A stretch of 64,000 nt of DNA, taken from contig JAJSLK010000047.1 in NCBI GenBank assembly GCA_021272165.1, forward strand, positions 39,379-103,378, given 5' to 3'. Shown here piece by piece: positions 33,968 through 42,962 of this stretch. Numbering within the stretch: position 1 is the first letter of the stretch; each line of letters begins with the position of its first letter. This DNA comes from Candidatus Methylacidiphilales bacterium. Its GTDB lineage: Bacteria; Verrucomicrobiota; Verrucomicrobiia; Methylacidiphilales; UBA1321. Position numbers and translations under genes: made by a program. The notes under the pieces were generated by a model. The model was given only the letters and a program-made list of their open reading frames with translations, did not search any database and was not told where the DNA came from.

Positions 33968-34855
33968 ATGGCCAAACCCGCTTTAGGAAAAGGACTGAGC
34001 GCCCTGATGGGCGGGTCGGTCGCACTGGCTTCGCCCGAGCCGTCGACAGATAAGGGCGAAAGCGTTCGGCAAATTTCGCGCGATAAGATCGTGCCGAGTC
34101 CCCTGCAGCCGCGAAAAGTTTTCCGTCCTGAGGAGCTGGCGGAGCTGGTCGATTCGATCCGCGAAAAAGGCGTAATTCAGCCCCTGATCGTGCGGCTGGT
34201 ACAGGGGAAATACGAACTGATCGCGGGCGAACGGCGCTGGCGCGCGGCGGGCGCGGCGGGCCTTGAGAAGCTGCCGGTGATCGTGCGGGAGGCGAGCAAT
34301 CGCGACGTGCTGGAACTGGCGCTGATTGAAAATCTGCAGCGCGCCGATTTGAGCCCAATCGAGGAGGCGGAAGCCTATGCGCGTTTGATGAAGGATTTTT
34401 CTCTGACCCAGGAACAGGTTTCGCAGCAGGTCGGGAAGGGGAGGGTGGCCGTCGCCAACGCGGTGCGGCTGCTGACGCTTCCAGCGCAGGTGCAGGCGTG
34501 GATCAGCTCGGGCGACCTAAGTGTGGGTCACGCCAAGGTCTTGCTGGGTCTGCCCACGGTTGCGGAGCAGTTGCTGGCGGCGGAACGGATCCGCAAGGAC
34601 AATCTCACCGTGCGGGCCACGGAACGGCTGGTTGAATCAATGCGGGCCGGTTCAAAACCAGCAGCCGGCAAGCGCAAGGGGAGCCCGGTGGTTTCCACGG
34701 CAGTCATGGTCGATCTCGAAAAGCGGCTGCAACAGCATGTTGGAACACGGGTACGCATCGCGGGCAAGGTGGAATCGGGCAGGATCGAGATTCACTATTT
34801 CAGTTCCACCGATCTTGACCGCATTCTCCAGCTTTTACGACTCCCCTCCGCTTAA
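33968..34855 (+). CDS. parB: ParB/Spo0J chromosome partitioning protein
   Basis: ALGKGLSAL ParA-binding peptide, QPRK.F, IAGERRWRA, ALIENLQR.DL, HTH. Confidence 0.95.
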   Translation: MAKPALGKGLSALMGGSVALASPEPSTDKGESVRQISRDKIVPSPLQPRKVFRPEELAELVDSIREKGVIQPLIVRLVQGKYELIAGERRWRAAGAAGLEKLPVIVREASNRDVLELALIENLQRADLSPIEEAEAYARLMKDFSLTQEQVSQQVGKGRVAVANAVRLLTLPAQVQAWISSGDLSVGHAKVLLGLPTVAEQLLAAERIRKDNLTVRATERLVESMRAGSKPAAGKRKGSPVVSTAVMVDLEKRLQQHVGTRVRIAGKVESGRIEIHYFSSTDLDRILQLLRLPSA

Positions 34856-34988
34856 ACGACAATAACGATAAATATATCCGGGAAATTCCTTATTTTGACA
34901 TGCGCAGATCATGTAAAACCATAAATACGTTACGATTGCGAATTTCACGATTGAACATTTTCCGAAATAATTATAAAAAGGATTGATT

Positions 34989-37664
34989 ATGGCTGACTCC
35001 GCCGATTCCGGCACCGATCCCAAAGTTCCCCAGCGTGAGACCCTGCGCATCAGTCTCCCACCCCGCCCCCTGAAGCCAGATTCGACGAAGATCGTTTCGA
35101 ATATCCGTCCGAACATTTCCGCAGCGACGACGCTGCCGATTACGCCTGGCGGCACGGCAGAGCCGGTGGCGTCAGCGCCTCCGGCTTGGTCGACCGCAGT
35201 GACAAAGCCAATGCCTAGTATTGCCAAGCCGGCCTCGGGCTCGATTCCCTCGGCTCCGAAGCCGTCGGCCCCACCTTTGACCGGAGCGCCTCCGAGTTCC
35301 AAGACCACACCGCTTTTCCCACAGAAATTCTCCACCCAGCCGGCTGCCGCCCTGACCGGTGGTATCGAAGTGCCCGAGACACAACGGCCAAAAACGAAGG
35401 TGATGCCGAATCCGGGCGTCGATGCGCCTGCCGCGTCTCCTGTGCCGTCGGCGAAGACCGCCACTTCGGGGGTGACGCCGCCACGCGTGATCGTGGCCAA
35501 TCCCCAGGCAAAAGTTTTCATCAAAAGCGGTCGCGTGGAAATTCCACCTGATCTCGAGCCGATTGAGCATCAGGCCAAACCTCCAACACTGCCATTGACG
35601 CAGCCACTGCCGCCGATCAGCAAGCCCCCCGATTCCGGCCCGGCCAAAGCGCCGCCGCTAACTGGTACGACGGTTGGTCGCGCACCGGTCACCCCCCCCC
35701 CGGCGCCGGTCGCGCCGCAGCCTTCACTGGCTACGCCTCCCCCTTTGCCCACGTCCGAAGTGACCAAGGACGAGTTGAAATCAGGCGTGACTCCTCCGAC
35801 GGGCCGTCCTCTGAATTCGGATGGCACACCGGCTCAGCCGCGGGTTAAAAAGCTGACGGGTTCATTGCGTCTGGTTGACCTTCCCACTGCGCCGGAAGCT
35901 TTGGCAACGACCCAGCCTCTGGATGTCCCTCCGCCCGCGCCCGAGCAGGCTCTGAAGCCGAAATCGGCCCCGATCACGCCCCCTTTGCCGGCTGCCCTGG
36001 CCTCTTCGGCGGGTCCGAAGGAAGGCTTGCTATTTCCGGCCTCGGAGATTCCGACGACTGCGAAGCCCAAGCCACCAACCGGTAAGATCGCTTCCGAACT
36101 CAAGCCACCGACGAGGCCAATTGCTGCGGCTCCGCCTGAGTTACCCTCCATCAGCAAGCCTCCGACGGGGGGGCTGACTCCGGCAGCGGCAATGACGACA
36201 ATGCCGATGACGCGCAAGCCGCCGACGGGTTCATTGGCAGCGCCGTCGGTTCCGCCTCCTCTTTCCCCTACGCTTCCTTTGCCCAAGCCGCCGACCGGTT
36301 CTGTCCCGCCTTCCGTCGCACCGCCGGTGCCGACACCCCTGAAGCCTCCGACGGGCTCTGTGGGTGCTCCCGCAGCTCCGCCCACCCCGACGTTGTCCAA
36401 ACCGCCGACCGGTTCTGTCCTGTCTTCCATCGCGCCGCCGGTGCCGACACCTCTGAAGCCTCCAACCGGTTCGGTTCCTCCGGCCCCGGCGATGACGACA
36501 ATGCCGATGACACGCAAGCCGCCGAGCGGCGTCGTGCCGCCGATTTCGGTCCCATCTGCACCGCCGGTGCGGACACCCCCGAAGCCTTCGACGGGCTCTG
36601 TGGCCGCTCCTGCGGCTCCACCCGTGCCGACGTCACCCAAACCTCCGACGGGTTCGGTTCCTCCGGCCCCGGCGATGACGACGATGCCGATGACACGCAA
36701 ACCGCCGACCGGTGCCGTGCCACCACCACCGCCACCACCTGCGATCAAGCCAGCGGCTGCGGTTCCTCCACCGCTGACGCAGAAGATCGATTCCACATCG
36801 GCGGCTCCGCTTCCGCCGTCGCTTCCGTTGCCTCCGACCTCCTTGACCCCGGTGACACCGGCGGTTCCGGCCGATCCTAAGAAGAAGTCGAGCATGGTGG
36901 TTCCTCCTCCGCGCATTTCGACGGCCACGACGGCGTTGAACGTTTTGCCAAAATCTCCCGTTTCTTCCCCGACAGCTTCCGGGGCGGTGGCTCCGCCCCG
37001 CCGTACGCAGGCGATTGGCGTACCTCCGTCAGTAGTGCCGACTTCGGGTGCTGTTAAACCCGGGGCACCCGCGCCGGTGGCGCCTCCCGCTCCGCTCAAA
37101 CCTGCGGACAGGCCCGCGATGCCTCCGGCCCCTCCGGGAAGCAAGACCGGTACCACAGCCGTTGCGCCCGCGAGTCCGAGTCCGGTGAGGCCGGTTGCTC
37201 CGGCGGCGCCGCTCAAGCCCGCCGCCGCCATACCCGGGGCGCTTCCTGAGCCGAGCAAGAAATCGGGGACTTCGATTGTTAAGGGCGCGCCTCCGAAAGA
37301 GACGGCTCGCATCACGGTAAAGCCGAGCATTCCATCTGTCGCGACGGTTCGGACGACCGCGACGCCTGTGCCGAAGCCGGGCGAACCTGCGATCCCCGTT
37401 GCGGTGGCTAAGGCCGCCTCTGCCGTGACCAAACCTGCATCTGCGACGAAGCCGGTTTCGACGGTGACCAAGAGTCCCGTGGCCAAGCCCATCGTGGCAC
37501 CCAGGCCTGCCGCCGCTCCGGCGGGGGTGGCCCCCGCACCGGCAAAATTCGATGAGGAAGCAGCCGGATCGACGACGCTGACGACGGTTTTGTCCGGTCT
37601 CCTGGCGCTTTTTACCTGGGCAACCGCCGGCATTTTGATCGCTAGCTATTATCAACTATTGTGA
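34989..37664 (+). CDS. Very Pro/Thr/Ala-rich repetitive disordered protein with C-terminal TM anchor
   Basis: ~890 aa, no signal peptide, 12 KP[PS][TS] repeats, C-terminal hydrophobic helix. Confidence 0.8.
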   Translation: MADSADSGTDPKVPQRETLRISLPPRPLKPDSTKIVSNIRPNISAATTLPITPGGTAEPVASAPPAWSTAVTKPMPSIAKPASGSIPSAPKPSAPPLTGAPPSSKTTPLFPQKFSTQPAAALTGGIEVPETQRPKTKVMPNPGVDAPAASPVPSAKTATSGVTPPRVIVANPQAKVFIKSGRVEIPPDLEPIEHQAKPPTLPLTQPLPPISKPPDSGPAKAPPLTGTTVGRAPVTPPPAPVAPQPSLATPPPLPTSEVTKDELKSGVTPPTGRPLNSDGTPAQPRVKKLTGSLRLVDLPTAPEALATTQPLDVPPPAPEQALKPKSAPITPPLPAALASSAGPKEGLLFPASEIPTTAKPKPPTGKIASELKPPTRPIAAAPPELPSISKPPTGGLTPAAAMTTMPMTRKPPTGSLAAPSVPPPLSPTLPLPKPPTGSVPPSVAPPVPTPLKPPTGSVGAPAAPPTPTLSKPPTGSVLSSIAPPVPTPLKPPTGSVPPAPAMTTMPMTRKPPSGVVPPISVPSAPPVRTPPKPSTGSVAAPAAPPVPTSPKPPTGSVPPAPAMTTMPMTRKPPTGAVPPPPPPPAIKPAAAVPPPLTQKIDSTSAAPLPPSLPLPPTSLTPVTPAVPADPKKKSSMVVPPPRISTATTALNVLPKSPVSSPTASGAVAPPRRTQAIGVPPSVVPTSGAVKPGAPAPVAPPAPLKPADRPAMPPAPPGSKTGTTAVAPASPSPVRPVAPAAPLKPAAAIPGALPEPSKKSGTSIVKGAPPKETARITVKPSIPSVATVRTTATPVPKPGEPAIPVAVAKAASAVTKPASATKPVSTVTKSPVAKPIVAPRPAAAPAGVAPAPAKFDEEAAGSTTLTTVLSGLLALFTWATAGILIASYYQLL
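36065..36740 (+). repeat. Degenerate coding tandem repeats (mostly ~57-69 bp; KPPTGSV units, three AMTTMPMTRK units)
   Basis: ATGACGAC(A/G)ATGCCGATGAC(G/A)CGCAA recurs near 36192, 36492 and 36675; AAGCC(G/T)CCGAC(C/G)GG recurs. Confidence 0.85.
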
Positions 37665-37678
37665 TAAATTGCTCCGTC

Positions 37679-38005
37679 ATGAGCACGAATGTTATTCCAG
37701 TAGGCGCTCTCGATTTCGAGCGCGAAGTGATCAAAGCCGACAAGCTGGTGATCGTCGATTTTTGGGCGGAATGGTGCGGACCCTGCAAGATGATCGCTCC
37801 GCTGCTCGATGAAGTGGCGCGCGAATTGCCGGACAAGGTCAAGATCGTGAAGGTTAACGTGGACGAAGAGCAGCAACTGGCTCAGCAATACGGCATTTAC
37901 AACATCCCGACGCTTCTTTTCTTCAAGGGCGGCACGGTTCGCGAGCAGGTGGTCGGCACAACGGCGAAGAAGGTGCTGATCGAGAAGATCAATTCCCACG
38001 CCTGA
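37679..38005 (+). CDS. trxA: Thioredoxin
   Basis: VDFWAEWCGPCK, IPTL. Confidence 0.96.
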   Translation: MSTNVIPVGALDFEREVIKADKLVIVDFWAEWCGPCKMIAPLLDEVARELPDKVKIVKVNVDEEQQLAQQYGIYNIPTLLFFKGGTVREQVVGTTAKKVLIEKINSHA

Positions 38006-38031
38006 ACAAGGCGCGGGCGGAACCGGTTTCC

Positions 38032-38102
38032 GCGAGTATGGCGTAATGGTAGCGCGTGGCCTTCCCAAGGCTGAGGCTGGAGTTCGATTCTCCATACTCG
38101 CA
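38032..38102 (+). tRNA. tRNA-Gly(CCC), CCA not encoded
   Basis: Acceptor GCGAGTA/TACTCGC, anticodon loop TTCCCAA, T arm TGGAG-TTCGATT-CTCCA. Confidence 0.93.
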
Positions 38103-38118
38103 CAGCTCTGAAAATTTT

Positions 38119-39195
38119 TTAAAACCGGCAATTCTGGAGGCCGTGCTTGTCGAGGTAATGTTGGTGATAGTCCTCGGCCTTCCAGAAATCGGCGGCCGGG
38201 ACAACTTGGGTGACGATGGGCTTGTTGAACTGATGCGCGGCTTCGAGCCGGGCGATATCTGACTCGGCGGCGGTCTTTTGCTCGGGCGTGTAGTAGAAGA
38301 TTACGGAGCGATATTGGGTACCGATGTCGGGGCCCTGGCGATTGGGAGTGGTGGGATCGTGATTGGCCCAGAAGACGGCAAGGAGTTGCTGGTAGGTAAC
38401 CTTGGTGGGATCGTATTCAACGAGGACGGTTTCGGCATGGCCGGTCTGGTCCGTGCAGACGTCCTCGTAGGTGGGATGGCGCAGGTTGCCACCCATGTAG
38501 CCGACGGTGGTGTTGATGACGCCGGGGACTTTCTCAAAGTCCTCCTGTGAACCCCAAAAGCAGCCGGCGGCGAAAGCGGCCTTGGCAGTCTTGGGATCGG
38601 GCTGCTTTTCCGGCACTTCATGGCCCTTTGGGACAAAAGTGAGGGCGGCGGAGTTGAGGCAATAACGGAGTTGGGTTGGCGGAGGGCCGTCATCGAAAAC
38701 ATGTCCGAGATGGGCGTCGCAGCGGGTGCAGAGGATTTCGGTGCGGTCCATGCCGTAACTGTGGTCGGGCCGGGTGGTGATGTTTTCCGCCGAAACGGGT
38801 TGGAAGAAGCTGGGCCAACCCGTGCCGGAGTCGAACTTGGCGTTGGAGGCGAAGAGGGGCAGGTTGCAGCAGACGCAGTGATAGATGCCTTCCTTGTGGT
38901 TGTCATAGAAGATGCCGCAGAAGGCGGGTTCGGTGCCGCGATCGCGGGCGATTTGATATTGCTCGGCGGTGAGTTGTTTGCGCCATTCGGCGTCGGTCTT
39001 GATGACCTTCGGCATTTCGATGGGCCCGGTGAGCTTTCCATCCGGGCCGATGACGCGCACCCTGACCATGGAAAACATCGAGGCGCCGCCGGAAGGCGAA
39101 GCAGGCATTCCATTGAGGATTCTTTCCAACAAACCGGCGGTGGTCAGGAAGACCGCACCGCCGCCAAGACCGGCCAGAAAATTTCTTCGATTCAT
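38119..39195 (-). CDS. msrAB: Tat-exported MsrB-MsrA fusion methionine sulfoxide reductase
   Basis: RRNFL; KFDSGTGWPSF, HLGHVF, RYCLN (MsrB); AGCFWG, AEDYHQ (MsrA). Confidence 0.93.
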   Translation of the reverse strand: MNRRNFLAGLGGGAVFLTTAGLLERILNGMPASPSGGASMFSMVRVRVIGPDGKLTGPIEMPKVIKTDAEWRKQLTAEQYQIARDRGTEPAFCGIFYDNHKEGIYHCVCCNLPLFASNAKFDSGTGWPSFFQPVSAENITTRPDHSYGMDRTEILCTRCDAHLGHVFDDGPPPTQLRYCLNSAALTFVPKGHEVPEKQPDPKTAKAAFAAGCFWGSQEDFEKVPGVINTTVGYMGGNLRHPTYEDVCTDQTGHAETVLVEYDPTKVTYQQLLAVFWANHDPTTPNRQGPDIGTQYRSVIFYYTPEQKTAAESDIARLEAAHQFNKPIVTQVVPAADFWKAEDYHQHYLDKHGLQNCRF

Positions 39196-39276
39196 AAGGA
39201 ATTGTCCCAGGGCAACTGATGATTAGACGCAGACAAACATCGTTCATTACATCAGCTTTGGATTCTTACGTTTTTG

Positions 39277-40881
39277 TCATGGAGAGGATGAAGGCTGCCG
39301 GCCCTGAAGTTTTGCCAGTTGGTCGCGGGCCTCGGCGTTGCCGGGATTGATCTTGAGAAATTCCTGGTAATGAATGACGGCCTCCTGCGTGCGTCCAAGG
39401 TTGAGGAGGGTATTGGCGAGGTTGAAATGGGCCAGGGCAAAGTGAGGATTGACCTGGAGGGCGAGTTGGTATTGCCGGATGGCTTCCTCCTTGTTGCCCT
39501 GGACGCTGAAAGCCAGACCGAGATTGGTATAGGCCTCGACCATGCGTGGGTTGATTTTCAGCGCTTCACGATATTGCTCAATGGCGGCGTCAACCCGTCC
39601 TTTGGCGAAGAGGGTATTGCCGAGATTGTTATGGGCCAGATAGGCGCCGGGATTTCGCTGCACGGTGTAAGTCCAGAGCGTTTCCTGGCTGACAAACAAC
39701 TTCGCATAAAGGTGGCTGCCGAGGGCGAGCAGGCCGAGGATGATAGCCGTTGAGATCGCCAAGCCGGAGCGGACCGGAACTGGGCACGCCGCCTCGATTT
39801 TTTCCAGTCCGGCGATGATGAGTCCAACAACGCCGATCATGGGCAAGTAAAGAAAGTGATCCATCACCCAGGAAAAGCTCATGTAGCTGACGGAATTGAG
39901 TCCGATAAAGGGCAGGAGATTGATGACGAAGAAGCCGAGGCCGAGCAGGGCATGGCGGCCCCAGGTTTTGCGGCAGGCCCAAGACCAACAAAAAAGGGCG
40001 CCGAAAACGGGCCAGGGAAGAAATTGGGCGAGGGCGGGAGGATCGACGGTCCACTTGGGGTAAATGGGCAGAAAGCCAACCGGCCAGAGGCATTTCCAGA
40101 GATAAAATGAGAGAGAGAGGCCGGCGAGGGCGAGGTGTGAAAAAAAGCCGCCGATGGAAGGAGAATCAATGGCCTGCAGGTGCGATTGCCGGAACCAGTC
40201 CCCGGCAAAAATGGAGAGGAGGGAAAGCGGGACGGAGACGAGCCAAAAGGGAATGGTCGCCACCGCGTCACTCCAGTCGATGCGGCCCCGTTTCCACCAG
40301 GTGTAGAGGATGATGATGAGCGGGAAAAGGGCCATGGAGATTTTGCAGAGCATGGCGAGGAGGAAGAATCCGAGGGCCAGGAGGTAATCGCGGGGGCGCC
40401 GATTTTCCTCGTAGTCGATCCAGAAGCACATCGCGAGGAGGAAGGGCGGAAGGGAAAGGACGTTCTTGAGTTCCGCGATCCACGCGACCGATTCGACCAT
40501 GACGGGATGGACGGCGAAGAGAAATCCGCCCAGCCAGGCGAAGCGGAGGCCGAATTTGGCCAGCAGGCGCCAGACGAGCAGCGCGCCGATGGCATGGAGG
40601 ATGACGTTGGTGAGATGGTACCCGAGCATGTCGTCCGCGCCCCAGAGCCGCCATTGGAGAGTCTGGACCGTTTCCTCGAGGGGGTAATATTCGATCAGAT
40701 GGCCGGGAGCGAACCAGATTTTCCAGAGACGTGCCGGGTCGCCCATCAACGCATTGGCGGTCAGATAGAAGTCGTCATCCATCAACCACTGGCCATAGAA
40801 AACCGGCGAAAAGACCCACATGACCGCAGCCACGATGAGGAGGCCGCGAAGCAGGTCGGGCTTCGAATTGGGGGTCGCCAT
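39277..40881 (-). CDS. TMTC-like GT-C membrane protein with C-terminal TPRs
   Basis: MDD, Y.PL, YHLTNV.LH, HP..VESVAWIAE.K, DHFLYLP; TPR repeats AHNNLG. Confidence 0.85.
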   Translation of the reverse strand: MATPNSKPDLLRGLLIVAAVMWVFSPVFYGQWLMDDDFYLTANALMGDPARLWKIWFAPGHLIEYYPLEETVQTLQWRLWGADDMLGYHLTNVILHAIGALLVWRLLAKFGLRFAWLGGFLFAVHPVMVESVAWIAELKNVLSLPPFLLAMCFWIDYEENRRPRDYLLALGFFLLAMLCKISMALFPLIIILYTWWKRGRIDWSDAVATIPFWLVSVPLSLLSIFAGDWFRQSHLQAIDSPSIGGFFSHLALAGLSLSFYLWKCLWPVGFLPIYPKWTVDPPALAQFLPWPVFGALFCWSWACRKTWGRHALLGLGFFVINLLPFIGLNSVSYMSFSWVMDHFLYLPMIGVVGLIIAGLEKIEAACPVPVRSGLAISTAIILGLLALGSHLYAKLFVSQETLWTYTVQRNPGAYLAHNNLGNTLFAKGRVDAAIEQYREALKINPRMVEAYTNLGLAFSVQGNKEEAIRQYQLALQVNPHFALAHFNLANTLLNLGRTQEAVIHYQEFLKINPGNAEARDQLAKLQGRQPSSSP

Positions 40882-40936
40882 AAGGTTGGGAATCCGCTTT
40901 TATAAACCCGCACTAGGACTCTTATCAAAAGCAGCC

Positions 40937-42031
40937 ATGGGTCGCATTGTATTTATCAGAACCTTCCGGCAAGGAATAATGGCGTTGCTGCTGGGGATCG
41001 GCCTGGTGACGCCGGCCGGGGCGCGGGACGGGGCGTTTCCGCAGCGGAATGTTCCGCCTCAATCGCTTTCGCCGGTGATCCTGACCGAGCGGCCGGGCGC
41101 GGTGCAGGAATTCACGGTCGATCCGCAACAGGTCCGGCAGATGGTGAACCGCGCATTGCTTACGCTGACGAGCGCCTCGGACATCGGCACGGCGTGGAAG
41201 CGGCTCGGCATCACGCCGCAGGACGTGGTGGGGATCAAGATCACCACGGCGGGCGGGCAGGGCATGTGCACACACCGCTCGCTGGTGAATGCCATTTGCG
41301 ACGGCTTGCGCGCTGCTGGCATGCCGATGTCGCAGATCATCATCTGGGACAAATTCCAGGACCGGATGGTGCGGGCCGGTTATGCGCCGCAGGCGGCCAG
41401 CGACAGCCAGCCGATGATCGCCTCGGTGGTTCCGTCCAACAACTACGACCCCGATAGATACTATCAGAGTCAGATGATCGGGACGCTGATCTGGGGCGAT
41501 TACCAGTTTGCCAATTCGATCAACTCCTACAACTTTAACGAGCGGATCCTGGGGCGTTCTTATTACACGCAATACGTCACCAGGACCTGCACCAAAATCG
41601 TCAACGTGCCGGTCCTTTCCACAAACGAGGCATTCGGGATCGACGCCTGCATGAGTTCGCTGGCCTTTGGCAGCGTCGATAACTTTCGCCGGTTTCAAGG
41701 CCCACCCACCTATGGCGATCCGGCCATTCCGATCCTTCTTGATGAGCCCTATATCCAGCACAAGGTGGTGGTGCATATTCTTGACGCGCTGGTGGCGCAG
41801 TGTGCGGGCGGGCCGGCGTTTAATCCGCAGTATTGCCAATCCCTTGGCGCAATCTACGTGGGACGCGATCCGGTGGCGATTGATTCGCTGGCCCTGCCGC
41901 GGATCGACCGAATGCGGCGGGAGATGAGCATCCCGTCGCCAGGCAACCTGTCGACCTACGTCACAAGCGCGGCGGTGCTGGGGCTCGGTACGACTGACCG
42001 GCGCCGGATCCAGTTCCTGCGTGTGCCGTAA
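40937..42031 (+). CDS. DUF362-domain protein, probably exported
   Basis: DVVGIKI, IIIWD, KIVNVPVL, DPVAIDS, GLGT; hydrophobic leader; start uncertain (40937 or 40979). Confidence 0.72.
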   Translation: MGRIVFIRTFRQGIMALLLGIGLVTPAGARDGAFPQRNVPPQSLSPVILTERPGAVQEFTVDPQQVRQMVNRALLTLTSASDIGTAWKRLGITPQDVVGIKITTAGGQGMCTHRSLVNAICDGLRAAGMPMSQIIIWDKFQDRMVRAGYAPQAASDSQPMIASVVPSNNYDPDRYYQSQMIGTLIWGDYQFANSINSYNFNERILGRSYYTQYVTRTCTKIVNVPVLSTNEAFGIDACMSSLAFGSVDNFRRFQGPPTYGDPAIPILLDEPYIQHKVVVHILDALVAQCAGGPAFNPQYCQSLGAIYVGRDPVAIDSLALPRIDRMRREMSIPSPGNLSTYVTSAAVLGLGTTDRRRIQFLRVP

Positions 42032-42955
42032 TTAGGGCTGAGGCGGAGGCGAGGTTAGCGCGACCTTGACCACGACCGATTCGCCGGCCCGGATGCGGGC
42101 CTCATAACCATGGGTCGAGGCTGGATCGAAGACAATTTTGACCGGGACGCGCTGGACGATCTTGGTGAAATTGCCGGTGGAATTGTCGGCGGGCAGCAGG
42201 GCGAATTCGTTGCCGGTAGCGGGGGAGAAGCTGTCGACTTTGCCCTCGAAGACCTTGCCGGGGATGGCATCGATGGTGATTTGGGCGGGCTGGCCTTTAC
42301 GCATGTGGGCGAGTTGTGTTTCCTTGAAGTTGGCGACGACCCAGAGATCGGGCTCGACCACGACGAGGAGCGTCTGGCCGGAGGAGACGCGGTTGCCGAC
42401 TTCCACGTTTTTGCGGCCGATGATGCCGGAAGCGGGCGCATGGATGGTCGAATAATCGATCTGGAGGTCGGCGAGTTTGAGCTGGGCGAGATCAACGTCG
42501 TGGGTGCTTTTGGTGGCATCGAGATCCTGCTGCGAAAGGGCATGCATAGCGACGAGTGGCTGCTCGCGGTCGAGATCAGCCTGGGCCTTGTTGAGCTGGG
42601 CCTGGGCGGCGGCGGCCAGCGCCTGGTATTCGGAGGGATCGAGCTTTACCAGGACGTCGCCCTCATGCACGAATTGGTTGTCATTAACGAGGACATCGGT
42701 GACGACCGCGTTGATTCGCGAAGAAACGTCATGGAGATGTCCGGTGACATAGGCATCGTCGGTTTCCTCGTGGGTGGAGGCATTGTAGGCATAGTAGATC
42801 ACGGCGATGAGGGAAATTACGCTGACGGCCAGGATCAGGTGCTTTTTATGACGCTGATAAAAGGGATGAAGATTTTTTTTGATGGCGTGCGTCCGTGACT
42901 TCGACGGCTTTTTGTCGGAGAGGGCGACGTCATCTTCAAGGGTATGGGTACTCAT
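42032..42955 (-). CDS. emrA: EmrA/HlyD membrane fusion protein
   Basis: ETDDAYV, ANFKETQL, ALLPADNSTGNFTKIVQRVPVKI. Confidence 0.9.
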   Translation of the reverse strand: MSTHTLEDDVALSDKKPSKSRTHAIKKNLHPFYQRHKKHLILAVSVISLIAVIYYAYNASTHEETDDAYVTGHLHDVSSRINAVVTDVLVNDNQFVHEGDVLVKLDPSEYQALAAAAQAQLNKAQADLDREQPLVAMHALSQQDLDATKSTHDVDLAQLKLADLQIDYSTIHAPASGIIGRKNVEVGNRVSSGQTLLVVVEPDLWVVANFKETQLAHMRKGQPAQITIDAIPGKVFEGKVDSFSPATGNEFALLPADNSTGNFTKIVQRVPVKIVFDPASTHGYEARIRAGESVVVKVALTSPPPQP

Positions 42956-42962
42956 AAATAAA

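Noticed and set aside
31902-34358. 1038-aa minus-strand ORF suggesting a giant nitroreductase fusion
   Set aside because: The upstream ~820 codons are the antisense shadow of pgm/parB; the real gene starts at 31901
34856-34988. parS site or oriC downstream of parB
   Set aside because: AT-rich, but no TGTTTCACGTGAAACA palindrome or DnaA-box cluster
36065-36740. Possible CRISPR or non-coding repeat array
   Set aside because: Units are in-frame, degenerate at third positions and lack unique spacers; no cas genes
38032-38120. tRNA-Gly as a prophage/island attachment site
   Set aside because: No integrase and no duplicated tRNA 3' end found in the window
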